Shown: in pieces, positions 9,550 through 19,233 of the stretch
Numbering within the stretch: position 1 is the first letter of the stretch
How the letters are laid out: the number at the start of each line of letters is the position of its first letter
Origin: Synechococcus sp.
GTDB lineage: Bacteria > Cyanobacteriota > Cyanobacteriia > Thermostichales > PCC-7336
Assembly (NCBI GenBank): GCA_051439605.1
Contig: JBFRWN010000075.1
Location: 1 to 64,000, forward strand
Direction of reading: 5' to 3'
DNA length: 64,000 nucleotides
Translations under genes and position numbers: made by a program
The notes under the pieces: generated by a model
What the model saw: the letters and a program-made list of their open reading frames with translations, nothing else
What the model was told of the DNA's origin: nothing
Database searches by the model: none

Positions 9550-10878
9550 ATGATTATCAACCCCGAAACCTTTAAAGCCCGTCGCCAACGGCTCGCAGAA
9601 CAATTAGGCCAAGGAACCGCGATCGTCCGCAGCGGCTCCCTCGCCGTCATGAACAACGACGTCGAATATCCTTTCCGCCAAAACAGCGACTTTTACTACC
9701 TCACCGGCTTCAACGAACCCAATGCTGTTGCCGTGATCGCCCCCCACCATCCCGAGCATCAGTTCGTGCTGTTCGTCCGCCCCCGAGAGCGGGAAAAAGA
9801 AATTTGGACGGGATACCGGACCGGAGTCGAAAAAGCGAAAGAGCACTACGGCGCAGACGAAGCTTTTCCTATTCAAGAACTCGACGAAAAACTCCCCGAA
9901 TACCTGAAAGACGCCGATCGCATTTACTACCACCCCAGCCTAGACGAGAGCTTCAACCACAAAGTCTTTGGCTTCTGGCAGGCCCAACTGCGCCACTACC
10001 CCCGCAGAGGCCGCGCCCCCATTGCCCTCACCGACCTTTCTCACATCCTGCACACCCTGCGCAACATCAAAACTGACGAAGAACTGCAAATGATGCGCAA
10101 ATCCGCCAACATTGGCGCCGAAGCCCACAACCTTGCCCGAGCAGCCGTCCACCCCGGCAAATACGAATACGAGATCGAGGCGTTAATCGAAGGTTACTTC
10201 CGCCAGCAAGGGTGTATCGGTCCTGCCTACCCCTCTATCGTGGCCTCGGGAGCTAACGCCTGCATCCTCCACTACATCGAGAACACCCAGCAAATGCAGG
10301 ACAACGACCTGCTGCTGATTGACGCTGGCTGCTGCTACGGCTACTACAACAGCGACATCACCCGTACCTTCCCAATTAACGGCAAATTCAATTTCGCCCA
10401 GAAAACCATTTACGAGCTAGTTCTAGACGCTCAAGAAGCGGCGATCGCCCAAGTCAAACCCGGCAACACCTACAACCAACCCCACGACACCGCCGTCAGA
10501 ATCATTACTGAAGGTCTAGTTGAACTCGGCTTACTCGTTCCCGAAAACGGAGAAGACATCGACAAGTTGATCGAAGACGACAAATACAAAGCCTTTTACA
10601 TGCACCGCACCGGCCACTGGCTGGGCATCGACGTCCACGATGTCGGCCCCTACAAGGATGGGGACGATGAATGGCGAACGTTCCAACCCGGGATGGTGCT
10701 CACCGTCGAACCGGGTATCTACATTTCCCCCGATCGCGAGGTGGAAGAACTCTCCCACGTAGGTGACGAATGGCGCGGCATCGGCGTCCGCATCGAAGAC
10801 GACGTCCTAGTCACGGAAGACGGCTGCGAAGTCCTGACCGCAGGCACCCCCAAAGCCGTCGCAGATATAGAGACATAA
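9550..10878 (+). CDS. pepP: Xaa-Pro aminopeptidase
   Basis: FRQNSDFYYLTG, DAGC..SDITRT, HRTGHWLGIDVHD, TVEPGIY and GVRIEDD. Confidence 0.95.
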   Translation: MIINPETFKARRQRLAEQLGQGTAIVRSGSLAVMNNDVEYPFRQNSDFYYLTGFNEPNAVAVIAPHHPEHQFVLFVRPREREKEIWTGYRTGVEKAKEHYGADEAFPIQELDEKLPEYLKDADRIYYHPSLDESFNHKVFGFWQAQLRHYPRRGRAPIALTDLSHILHTLRNIKTDEELQMMRKSANIGAEAHNLARAAVHPGKYEYEIEALIEGYFRQQGCIGPAYPSIVASGANACILHYIENTQQMQDNDLLLIDAGCCYGYYNSDITRTFPINGKFNFAQKTIYELVLDAQEAAIAQVKPGNTYNQPHDTAVRIITEGLVELGLLVPENGEDIDKLIEDDKYKAFYMHRTGHWLGIDVHDVGPYKDGDDEWRTFQPGMVLTVEPGIYISPDREVEELSHVGDEWRGIGVRIEDDVLVTEDGCEVLTAGTPKAVADIET

Positions 10879-10914
10879 CGCCGCCAGCAATTCCGCACCC
10901 CTCGAATTGTGAAG

Positions 10915-10965
10915 AACCGCCCCAAAACGGCATAGACTGGAATGCCAATGGTTTTTGGGGCGGTT
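10915..10965. repeat. 13-bp perfect inverted repeat with inner ggcat/atgcc stem (hairpin or possible terminator)
   Basis: aaccgccccaaaa (10915-10927) pairs with ttttggggcggtt (10953-10965). Confidence 0.7.
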
Positions 10966-11024
10966 TTGTTCGCGAGCCAAACCCCAATTCCATCTCCAGC
11001 CCCGTCCCTACCCCAGAGGTTTGA

Positions 11025-12281
11025 TTGACCGTTTCCACACCCACTATTCCCCTGCCTTTTTCCCTAGACCTATTGCCTAAACCCACCTATCTAGTCGGCG
11101 GAGCAGTGCGGGATTGGCTCATGAACCGTACGGACGGGAAACTCCTCGACATTGACTTGGTGCTGGAGCACGATGCCACTCAACAGGCCGCACGATTGGC
11201 GAAACAGCTGCACGGGGGGTTTGTGGTTCTGGACGAAGACCGCAATATTTCCCGCGTGGTGCTGGACAATGCCACCATCGACATTGCCTGTCAAGCCGGG
11301 CCGACGGTGGAAGCGGATCTCTCGTTGCGAGACTTCACCTGTAACGCGATCGCCCTCGAACTGCACAGCAACCGCTGGATCGACCCCCTCAACGGCCGCC
11401 AAGACGTGCGAGATCGCCGCTTGCGCATGGTGCACCCCGACAACCTAACCGCCGATCCCCTCCGCCTGCTGCGAGGCTATCGCCAAGCCGCCCAGCTGGG
11501 TTTTACCCTCACCGAAGACACCCGCATCGCCACCGCCCAAAGGCATCACCTGCTTAAAGAGGTCGCAGCCGAACGGGTCCGCACCGAGCTGTACTACATG
11601 TTAGAGCTGGGGGACATCGGCCTCACCTGGCTGAAAGCCGCCTGGGAAGACCACCAACTGCAAGACTGGCTGCCAGAACTCGAAGCCAGTTCTTTTACAG
11701 CCGCCGCCCGCATGACTGCCGCCCTCTCCCAGCTGCGCGATCTCCACCCCATTTCTTACGAGACGTTGCAGCAACCCCTCTGCGATCGCCGCAGCGGCAC
11801 CGCCACCGTCCTCTTCGCTGTCCTATTTCTGCATCTCTCCAGCGAACAGCTAGAAGCCATCATGCAGCGGCTCAAGTACAGCCGCGCCGAACAGCAATGG
11901 GGCAATCGCATCGCCACCCTAGTGCCCACCCTGGCCCAATTTGCAGCAACCCCCCCAGCCCGCAGCCAGCTCTACGAGCTGTTTGAATTGGCAGGAAATG
12001 CACTCCCCGCCGTAGCCCTAGCCGCCCTAGCCGCTGGCATCCCCTACCCAGTCGTCGCCCCCCTAATTACCCGCTACGAAGATCCCGCCGATCCCTTAGC
12101 CCACCAAGTCCCCGTCATCAACGGACGTCAATTAATTGAAGCACTGCGTCTTAAATCTAGCCCCCTAATCGGCAAATTACTCAAAACCCTAAAACGAGCT
12201 CAAGCCGACTGCCGAATTGCCACAAGTGAAGACGCGATCGCCTACGCACAACAGTGGCTAGACACCCACGCAAATAGCTAA
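11025..12281 (+). CDS. tRNA nucleotidyltransferase (class II CCA/CC-adding family)
   Basis: LVGGAVRD, DIDL, RDFTCNAIA, DPLRLLR and AERVRTEL. Confidence 0.9.
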   Translation: MTVSTPTIPLPFSLDLLPKPTYLVGGAVRDWLMNRTDGKLLDIDLVLEHDATQQAARLAKQLHGGFVVLDEDRNISRVVLDNATIDIACQAGPTVEADLSLRDFTCNAIALELHSNRWIDPLNGRQDVRDRRLRMVHPDNLTADPLRLLRGYRQAAQLGFTLTEDTRIATAQRHHLLKEVAAERVRTELYYMLELGDIGLTWLKAAWEDHQLQDWLPELEASSFTAAARMTAALSQLRDLHPISYETLQQPLCDRRSGTATVLFAVLFLHLSSEQLEAIMQRLKYSRAEQQWGNRIATLVPTLAQFAATPPARSQLYELFELAGNALPAVALAALAAGIPYPVVAPLITRYEDPADPLAHQVPVINGRQLIEALRLKSSPLIGKLLKTLKRAQADCRIATSEDAIAYAQQWLDTHANS

Positions 12282-12324
12282 CCCCTCAATCCCAACAGAA
12301 GGGAAGCAATCGTCCCTGGGTCGC

Positions 12325-12364
12325 GGGAGCGTGAGGGGACGCGACCGCCCCCTCGCGACCTCCC
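12325..12364. terminator. GC-rich hairpin between convergent genes
   Basis: gggag-cgtgagggg pairs with cccctcgcg-ac-ctccc. There is no clear U-tract. Confidence 0.45.
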
Positions 12365-12401
12365 AACGCTAGTCATAAACCCCTAAAACCGGATCGCGAC
12401 C

Positions 12402-13340
12402 TCAATCCATCACCATCCAATCCCGCAACAACTGCTGCCGCCGAGGATGCCGCAACTTCCGCATCGCTTTCGCCTGAATCTGCCGCACCCGCTCCCGCGA
12501 CAAACTGTATAAGTCACCAATCTCCGCCAACGTATGACTGCGTCCATTCTGCAGCCCAAACCGCAACCGGATAATATCCCGCTCCCGCGAAGTCAGATGA
12601 TGTAAAACCTCATCTACCTGCTCTGACAACAAATTGAGATCGATGCGCTCGTCTGGCACCATCTCGTCCGTATCCTCAATCAACTGCAGCAGCTCGGTAT
12701 CTTCCTCTTTCCCTACCTTGGTGTGCAGTGACAGCGTTCGCCGCCCGGCATCCATCACCTCATCCAACTTCTCCGGGCTCAAATCAAGCGCCTTGGCAAT
12801 CTCTTCTTTCGTCGGGCGGCGACCCAATTCCTGAGCCAACTCACGACGGACCTTTTTCACCTGGTTTAGCTTTTCCACCATGTGTACTGGCAGGCGCACC
12901 GTTCGCGATTGGCTGGCGATCGCGCGGGTAATCCCCTGACGAATCCACCAATAGGCGTAGGTGGAAAACTTGTAGCCCCGCTCGTAGTCAAACTTCTCAG
13001 CCGCCCGCATTAGGCCAATCGAGCCTTCTTGAATAAGATCGAGAAACGGTACGCCACGGTTTAAATATTTTTTGGCAATCGATACCACAAGACGTAAATT
13101 CGCCCGGACCAACTTGCGCTTTGCCTGTTCCCCCTCTGCGCCACCCGCCACAATAATTCGGGCCAGTTCCACCTCTTGACTGGCGGTCAGCAACGGATAG
13201 CGGGCCATTTCCCGCAAAAACAACCCAATCGAGTCCTGTTGCGAACGCGTTTGTTTTTTCCTTGATTTTGGACCTGAGAAGTTGACATGAACTCGATCGA
13301 CAGGAACATGAGATACGGTGCCGCTAGCGGAAACAGTCAT
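12402..13340 (-). CDS. Group 2 (RpoD-like) RNA polymerase sigma factor
   Basis: [31 protein letters not shown] and SRERVRQI. It is short and lacks region 1.1. Confidence 0.93.
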   Translation of the reverse strand: MTVSASGTVSHVPVDRVHVNFSGPKSRKKQTRSQQDSIGLFLREMARYPLLTASQEVELARIIVAGGAEGEQAKRKLVRANLRLVVSIAKKYLNRGVPFLDLIQEGSIGLMRAAEKFDYERGYKFSTYAYWWIRQGITRAIASQSRTVRLPVHMVEKLNQVKKVRRELAQELGRRPTKEEIAKALDLSPEKLDEVMDAGRRTLSLHTKVGKEEDTELLQLIEDTDEMVPDERIDLNLLSEQVDEVLHHLTSRERDIIRLRFGLQNGRSHTLAEIGDLYSLSRERVRQIQAKAMRKLRHPRRQQLLRDWMVMD

Positions 13341-13469
13341 GAAAAAACCCAAACGTTCAACAGTTGGAGATCGAAAAAACAGTCAACCCCCAACAATAAA
13401 AGAAACTCAATTAACAACTTAATTGCCTATCCAGCAATAGATCGGCAATAGCATCTTTACTGAGACTTA

Positions 13470-13512
13470 ATGCTAAACGTAAGGTTTATGAATTGTTGTA
13501 AGAAGAATTACA
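13470..13512 (-). promoter_or_regulatory. NtcA-activated (class II-type) promoter upstream of the sigma factor gene
   Basis: The minus strand reads GTA-ATTCTTCT-TAC (13511-13498, with T/A flanks), then exactly 22 nt, then TAGCAT (13475-13470). This matches GTA-N8-TAC-N22-TAN3T. Confidence 0.75.
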
Positions 13513-13708
13513 CACACTGACCAAAAGGAGCAGAAAAGCGATATCTTTATAATCTCTTAAGGTTTTAGCTGTATTGTTTGAAACATTTTATGGCATGTCT
13601 AACTGAAGTTTTTGGATTCCATTTGCCTCGCTTATTTGGGAATCGTCAAGTCGCTTAGGCTTTCTCGGCTATCCAGAATTCTGACTGGGAACAGACTTTA
13701 TTTTTAAC

Positions 13709-14752
13709 TTACCGATTGGGATCCTGCTGTCCTCCGTCAACGCTAGTGTCGCGTGGCTCCTCATCAATCACCAGTTCTGGAACTGTGGGACTGGTTTGCG
13801 GAACATCAATAATGGGTGGTGGTTCAACTTCAGGTTGCTCATTGTCGGAGTGGGTTGGAACAAAAATATCAATCTCGGGACGATCGACAATTTCGAGGGA
13901 ATCTGTGCAAGCCACCTGATTGTGCAAAATCTCGCGCTCCATGTGGATGGTTTGGGCGGCTCTGGAGGATTCCCCTGAGAGATCGTGATTCTTAGCTAAT
14001 CCCTGTAATATCGGACTACCAGAGACAGTGGCACAGGCGTTGAAATTAGCGATCGCCACCACCTCGCCATCCACCACCAATGCCATCTGGCGGGGATTTA
14101 ACTGGCCGATGACTTGGCGATCGCGATTGAATAGCTCAGCAGGACTGGTAAAGGACGAAATCAGTGCCGTTTGCTTGCCGTCCTCTCGCAGACGAGCGGT
14201 CACCGTGAGCAGGCTGCCCTGGACTCCAGCAATAGCAGTGGGGGTAATGACCTCGGCACCTCCCGCACCGGGTGGAGTTATCATCATCATCACCCCTGCA
14301 TCCAATTGAAATTGACGGGTTTCAGGGGCAAACGTAAACGTCGAATTTTGACCCACCCGCACCAGCGAGTCGTCATTGAACAGCATCTGGGCCAGAGAGG
14401 TTTGTCCGGTATGCAAAAGGTCTTCAGGTACCAACACATCGTGGATGGCCGCTGGTTGAGGGGGTTGCTGCAGTAGCTCCACTGTCACGAGATTCACCAC
14501 CCGGTCGACCGTCGCAGAACTGAGGGGGCTCGCCAAAGCAGGTTCGGCCGCCAACTGTTCGGGAATAAATACACCCACGATTGCAGCTACTAGACCGATG
14601 GACGATGCAGCCAATGCACGCCATCGAACAAATGCGTGTGGGCGGGGGGATAACACCGCTCGAACCTCTGCTGGATGGGTCAATGTGTATGTCCACTCTA
14701 TCCAGATGGTTTGCGCAAGCAGTGACGGCGATCGCACATCTCCACCAGCCAC
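13709..14752 (-). CDS. FecR-domain exported protein (true start probably downstream of 14752)
   Basis: Hydrophobic segment, then DLLHTGQTSLAQMLFNDDSLVRVGQNS and TPTAIAGVQGS, then an acidic Pro-rich tail. Confidence 0.75.
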   Translation of the reverse strand: MAGGDVRSPSLLAQTIWIEWTYTLTHPAEVRAVLSPRPHAFVRWRALAASSIGLVAAIVGVFIPEQLAAEPALASPLSSATVDRVVNLVTVELLQQPPQPAAIHDVLVPEDLLHTGQTSLAQMLFNDDSLVRVGQNSTFTFAPETRQFQLDAGVMMMITPPGAGGAEVITPTAIAGVQGSLLTVTARLREDGKQTALISSFTSPAELFNRDRQVIGQLNPRQMALVVDGEVVAIANFNACATVSGSPILQGLAKNHDLSGESSRAAQTIHMEREILHNQVACTDSLEIVDRPEIDIFVPTHSDNEQPEVEPPPIIDVPQTSPTVPELVIDEEPRDTSVDGGQQDPNR

Positions 14753-14836
14753 CGAGTCGGACTATTGTTGTCCACTAAAAGCATGCTGTACACATTCTCA
14801 CTGGATCTGGAATTCGCAGAAGAATTAACGTTTTTT

Positions 14837-15562
14837 TTACCCTGACAGACTCGCAAGCTGTTGAACGGGAGTTCTCGATTCTCTGTCTGAGGAGGATTGT
14901 ATGAAGGGAGGGGTACTAAATTGATGAACCAAAGTGATTTCCACTCTTTCTTTGCCTTTGCCGATGTTTTTGCGCTTCAGCTTGATGTCTCCCACTTCAC
15001 CGGTGCGCTTGAGGTGGGTCCCTCCACAGGGCACCTTAGCGAATCCTTCAACTTCCCAATAACGTTGTTCCGTTTGGCGATCGCTAAACTCGCTGATAAT
15101 TGGCAAATCTGCCTCAATAATGGACCGAGCAACGTCCTTAATATGCGGCAAGCAAGGGGAAATGGTGCGGGGCCATTCGAAGTCGATGCGGGCCTTATCG
15201 GCAGAAATGTGAGCACCAATTTTGCCCGAGCCCGCTAACTCTTTAGACATTGCCTCCAGAACCACTTCTGCGGCAAAGTGCAGGCGCATCAATTGATAGC
15301 GACGGGACCAATCAATCTCGACGGTCACAACATCCCCCACCGCAAGTTGATGGTGATGGGGCAACGTATAGAAAATCTCCTGGCCGCTCTTACGAGCCGA
15401 TAGGACTGGGTAACCCCCGATTGAACCGGTATCGCTTTCCTGACCGCTAGACAGGGCGTAAAAGATCGTTTCCCTTAGCGTGATGGTGTCCCCCTCAACA
15501 GAAGAAACTTTAGTTTCTAATTGCGTTTGATAGGGATTTTTCCAAAATACTTTGTCTGTCAC
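14837..15562 (-). CDS. AlaX-type alanyl-tRNA editing protein
   Basis: MRLHFAAE, GAHI..DKARIDF and VPCGGTH zinc-editing motifs. Confidence 0.88.
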   Translation of the reverse strand: MTDKVFWKNPYQTQLETKVSSVEGDTITLRETIFYALSSGQESDTGSIGGYPVLSARKSGQEIFYTLPHHHQLAVGDVVTVEIDWSRRYQLMRLHFAAEVVLEAMSKELAGSGKIGAHISADKARIDFEWPRTISPCLPHIKDVARSIIEADLPIISEFSDRQTEQRYWEVEGFAKVPCGGTHLKRTGEVGDIKLKRKNIGKGKERVEITLVHQFSTPPFIQSSSDRESRTPVQQLASLSG

Positions 15563-15660
15563 GCCCTTACCCCCAAAACATGAGCCATCAGTGCTATGGC
15601 TCGGTTCCTATTCCGTCACAGCTCTATCTTAAAACTGCTGTCTTGGGTACAGGCTATGAC

Positions 15661-16332
15661 TTAATTTCCGCTCTTTCGTCGCCTGATATCGATTCCAATA
15701 CTATCTACACCTGAAAGGTGATACTTTATACTTCGCCGCCACAGGGAACCCGAACGCTGATATTCCAGCTCTGTTTCCACCGCTTGAGCAATAGAACGGC
15801 CAAAGAATCGTTCGACTAGCCACAGGGCCAGATCGATTCCGGAGGTCACTCCACCCGAAGAGACGATGTCCCCGTCATCCACCACCCGAGCCTGAGTCAC
15901 GATTGCACCAGCAGCCTGCAAATCTGCGATCGCCACTTGATGAGCGATCGCGGGACGCCCCTTTAACAAACCGGAGGCCGCCACCAACATTCCCCCAGTA
16001 CAAACGGAAGCAAGGGTGGTACCGGATTGGTGCAGGCGGGCAAGGGCTGCAGGAATGTCCCCCCGCTGGACTTCTGCCCAAGCCCCCCGTTCAGCCCGAT
16101 CGCCCCATCCCCCACCGGGGACGATTAATAGGTCTAGACCGCTATCAGTTGCCAGTGTGCCCTGCGGACGAATCTGCAGACCGTGGGAAGCCGTCACCTC
16201 GGTGGCTCCATCAAGTGTAACCAGTTGCGTTTCCAAATCGGCCCCCGAGTCTCTGGCGTTTTGAAAGACTTCGTAGGGGCCGATGGCATCCAGTTCGTCA
16301 AACCCATCGAAGATCAAAATTTGTGCTTTCAT
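15661..16332 (-). CDS. DJ-1/PfpI family protein
   Basis: FDGFDELD, IVPGG, SVCTG nucleophile Cys and SGGVTSGID. Confidence 0.9.
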   Translation of the reverse strand: MKAQILIFDGFDELDAIGPYEVFQNARDSGADLETQLVTLDGATEVTASHGLQIRPQGTLATDSGLDLLIVPGGGWGDRAERGAWAEVQRGDIPAALARLHQSGTTLASVCTGGMLVAASGLLKGRPAIAHQVAIADLQAAGAIVTQARVVDDGDIVSSGGVTSGIDLALWLVERFFGRSIAQAVETELEYQRSGSLWRRSIKYHLSGVDSIGIDIRRRKSGN

Positions 16333-16377
16333 CGTTACTGATTCGATCGAGGATAAGTCGGTTCTTCAATTGGACCA

Positions 16378-17130
16378 TCAATCGTCAACATTAATAGCCC
16401 CCACAACCTGCTGGGCACAAGTGAATACACCACTGTCGTGGTAGTAGAGCGTGATGGGTAACAAGGTCTGGTTCAAGCGCATCAGCTCCGCTTGGGCGAT
16501 CGCGATAGCGGTCAAGCTGTAGCTGGGATGCAGGTGGTTGAGGGCGGGGTCTTTAAACTGGCCAGCAAAGATTCTGCCGGAGATGGGGATCAGATTAACC
16601 GGCGAAATACCCGGTAGATGTCCTTGGGGGGAGGCGGCACAAATGCAAGCTGCGAGGGCATTGGCGTAGGCGTTTGCTAATTGCTCTACTGCGGTTTGGC
16701 AATCTTCAACGGTGCTAGGAGAACCGCCAAACGTAGGGGAATAGGTGTGCAGCACCCGCTTTCCAGGCCCTGTGGAGGTATTAAAGACAGAGGCCCCCTG
16801 CGGGATTGCGGGGATGGGTTGTAAGTCGAGAAACTTGCTGTAAATGGCTGCGCTGGCTCCACCCGCACCGGATTGAGACGGCTTTACCCTTGCACCGATG
16901 GCACTGCCTGCGGGGTCTTGAATCACCCCCGATGCCGAGCTTTGAATATTGCCTTGAATGATTGCAGGCAGAAGCGCCACTAGCTTCGGCAGCAATGCGC
17001 CGAAGCCCAATTCTCGCAGGGCTTCTGCAACTGCGGAAATCTGCAATCCAGAAGCGCTGACGCTATTGCTGGTTAAGCCTTTGAGCTGTATCTTGCTCTG
17101 GTTAAAGACCGCTCTAGAGTCTATAGTCAT
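16378..17130 (-). CDS. Hypothetical protein, probable divergent macrodomain (ADP-ribose-binding fold)
   Basis: The ordered motifs IIQGNI, GAGGASAAI, RVLHTYSP, LANAYANAL and LIPISGRIFAG parallel macrodomain GDI, GGGVAGAI, VIHAVGP, LxxAYxxxL and FPxISTGIFG. There is an ATGA overlap with the upstream gene. Confidence 0.6.
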   Translation of the reverse strand: MTIDSRAVFNQSKIQLKGLTSNSVSASGLQISAVAEALRELGFGALLPKLVALLPAIIQGNIQSSASGVIQDPAGSAIGARVKPSQSGAGGASAAIYSKFLDLQPIPAIPQGASVFNTSTGPGKRVLHTYSPTFGGSPSTVEDCQTAVEQLANAYANALAACICAASPQGHLPGISPVNLIPISGRIFAGQFKDPALNHLHPSYSLTAIAIAQAELMRLNQTLLPITLYYHDSGVFTCAQQVVGAINVDD

Positions 17131-17990
17131 CGTTCAAACCCCTCTAAGGCACCGATCAGATCTTGATGGATCTGCTCGGTCGCAGCGATCGCGATTCCGG
17201 GAGTGCAGTAGTTATCGCAGCGATCGAGAGTTGGCAGCGGTTGTCCGCGATGATCGCTGACGATACAGCCCGCCTCTCTGGCCAAAAACGCTAGCGCAGC
17301 CCCATCGATGAACTGCCCCTTCGATAACACCACCCCGCCAAGCTGATTTTTTAAGATTCCGTTGGTATTGGGAATGACGCGATCGCGGGAGTAGTCTTCT
17401 GAAGAACAAACGACCTCGTAGCGATCGATTAGCTTGGGTCGTAATGGAGTCATCAAGCTGGCCAAGAACACCGTATTCGTTGAGACAATCTTCAGCGGTC
17501 GAGCGAGGTCTAACCCCTTTTCTAGATGACCGACAAACGTCCCTTGACCCCGCAGGGCGTAGTAATAGCAGTCTTCCGCTGGGCTAATGGCCAATACCGC
17601 TTCAAAGTCATCGGCATTCAACACTGTCAAAATAATCAGATAGTTGGGAAAACCATCCATGTAGAACAGAGTGCCGTCAATGGGGTCGAGGGTGACCAGA
17701 TAGTCCCCCTCCTCTCCCAGGTCAATCGCCCGAAAATATTTCGTGTTGTAGGACTGCTGGTGTTCCTCACCGTAGAAACGAATGTGGGGAAAGCTACCCA
17801 GCAAGGCTACTTCCACAAAGGTTTGTACGGATAAATCTGCATCGGTGAGGGCCGAGGCAAACGGATTGTCTCCATCTTTCGATGGCTGCGCAACGATTCG
17901 AGATTGAATGTGGCGGGCATAGCCTGCTGCCATTCGCAGCGGCGGCAACATGGTTTCTAAAATTTGCAGAGGGGTGGGGCTAGCAGTCAT
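17127..17990 (-). CDS. Inositol monophosphatase/FIG superfamily phosphatase
   Basis: TDADLSVQ, GEE, LDPIDGT and REAGCIVSD. Confidence 0.88.
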   Translation of the reverse strand: MTASPTPLQILETMLPPLRMAAGYARHIQSRIVAQPSKDGDNPFASALTDADLSVQTFVEVALLGSFPHIRFYGEEHQQSYNTKYFRAIDLGEEGDYLVTLDPIDGTLFYMDGFPNYLIILTVLNADDFEAVLAISPAEDCYYYALRGQGTFVGHLEKGLDLARPLKIVSTNTVFLASLMTPLRPKLIDRYEVVCSSEDYSRDRVIPNTNGILKNQLGGVVLSKGQFIDGAALAFLAREAGCIVSDHRGQPLPTLDRCDNYCTPGIAIAATEQIHQDLIGALEGFER

Positions 17991-18040
17991 CGTGATGGTT
18001 TAGCGAATCAGTTGAGTATGGAACATGTATTTTGTGCGCT

Positions 18041-18532
18041 TCAGCCCAGCCGCTTCACGTACACCCGATCGCACCGCTGAGCATCCGGTCCCACATTACC
18101 TGCCGGAGGTGCAAATCCGTTTTGTTCGTAAAGCTGGCAGGCTTCCTTCAGTACCGTTGCCGTTTCAATCCAAATTTCGGTAAACCCCCGTGTAGCGATC
18201 GCCGCTTCCGCTACCTCCAGCAAATATCGTCCTAACCCCTGCCCCCTAGCCTCCGGCAGCAGGTACATCTTGCGCAACTCCACAGCATTTTCGCCATGCT
18301 CCACCGGATAGTAGCCCGCCGTGCCCACCACCCGATCGCCGGTTTCTATCACCCAAAACTCGCCGCCAGTGGCGTGATAGCAAGTTTCTACGTCGACAAC
18401 GTCGCGATCGGTGTCCTCCGGTTCCCAACCCAAGCCGTATTCCGCCAACACCGACCCAATTAGGTCAGCAGCCACCTGGCGATCTCGGGGTTTCCAATCG
18501 CGTATCAGAAAGTGACGGAACTGGTTCTGCAC
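18041..18532 (-). CDS. GNAT family N-acetyltransferase
   Basis: ELRKMYLLPEARGQGLG and A..LYEQNGF. Confidence 0.9.
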   Translation of the reverse strand: MQNQFRHFLIRDWKPRDRQVAADLIGSVLAEYGLGWEPEDTDRDVVDVETCYHATGGEFWVIETGDRVVGTAGYYPVEHGENAVELRKMYLLPEARGQGLGRYLLEVAEAAIATRGFTEIWIETATVLKEACQLYEQNGFAPPAGNVGPDAQRCDRVYVKRLG

Positions 18533-18547
18533 GATCGATGCACTCTG

Positions 18548-19177
18548 TTAGCTGTGAATTCGCGGTTCGGGATGAAGCGTGGACAGAATTTCGCTTTCTG
18601 CCGCCGCTAGTTCCTCTAGCCGCCGAGTCATTTGCTCGCGCTCGAAATAGGCATCTGCCAGCAGCCAGTAGGCTCCGTAGTGACGGGCTTCAGAGGCCAT
18701 CAGCCCGCGATAAAAGGCCGCCAGTTCTGGTTCGGGGCAATGCTCTGCCAACAGCCCTAGGCGCTCGTGGCTGCGGGCTTCAATTAAGCCGCTCACGAGT
18801 AAGAGATCCAACATGCGATCGGGTTCGTTGCGACGCACTAGGGCTTTGAGTTTGCCGCCGTAGGGGGGAGCATTGAGGGGAGCTAAGGGGACGCCGCGTT
18901 GTTCCAGCCAGCCGTTTACCTGCTCGAAGTGTTCCAGTTCCTCTTTGGCGAGCGCCGTCAGGATCTTGACCAGCTGTTGAGAAGAAGGATAGCGAAACAT
19001 CAGGTTGAGGGCGGCGCTGGCGGCTTTGCGCTCGCAGTGGGAATGGTCTAGCAAAATCTCATCCATGTTGGAGAGGGCTAGATCGATCCAGGCGGTGGAG
19101 GTGGGCTGCACCAGAAATTTAATGCGAGCAGTGGCTTGAGTAGGGATTTCAATTTGAATTGAAGGTTGGGCGAGCAA
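18548..19177 (-). CDS. miaE: tRNA-(ms2io6A) hydroxylase MiaE (ferritin-like)
   Basis: DHSHCERKA, EELEHF, IEARSHER and SEARH diiron motifs. The start codon is uncertain. Confidence 0.9.
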   Translation of the reverse strand: MLAQPSIQIEIPTQATARIKFLVQPTSTAWIDLALSNMDEILLDHSHCERKAASAALNLMFRYPSSQQLVKILTALAKEELEHFEQVNGWLEQRGVPLAPLNAPPYGGKLKALVRRNEPDRMLDLLLVSGLIEARSHERLGLLAEHCPEPELAAFYRGLMASEARHYGAYWLLADAYFEREQMTRRLEELAAAESEILSTLHPEPRIHS

Positions 19178-19233
19178 AGGGGAGATGCCTCTAAAAAACT
19201 CGGCTGGTGTACCTACTCATCATATGGATTTAA

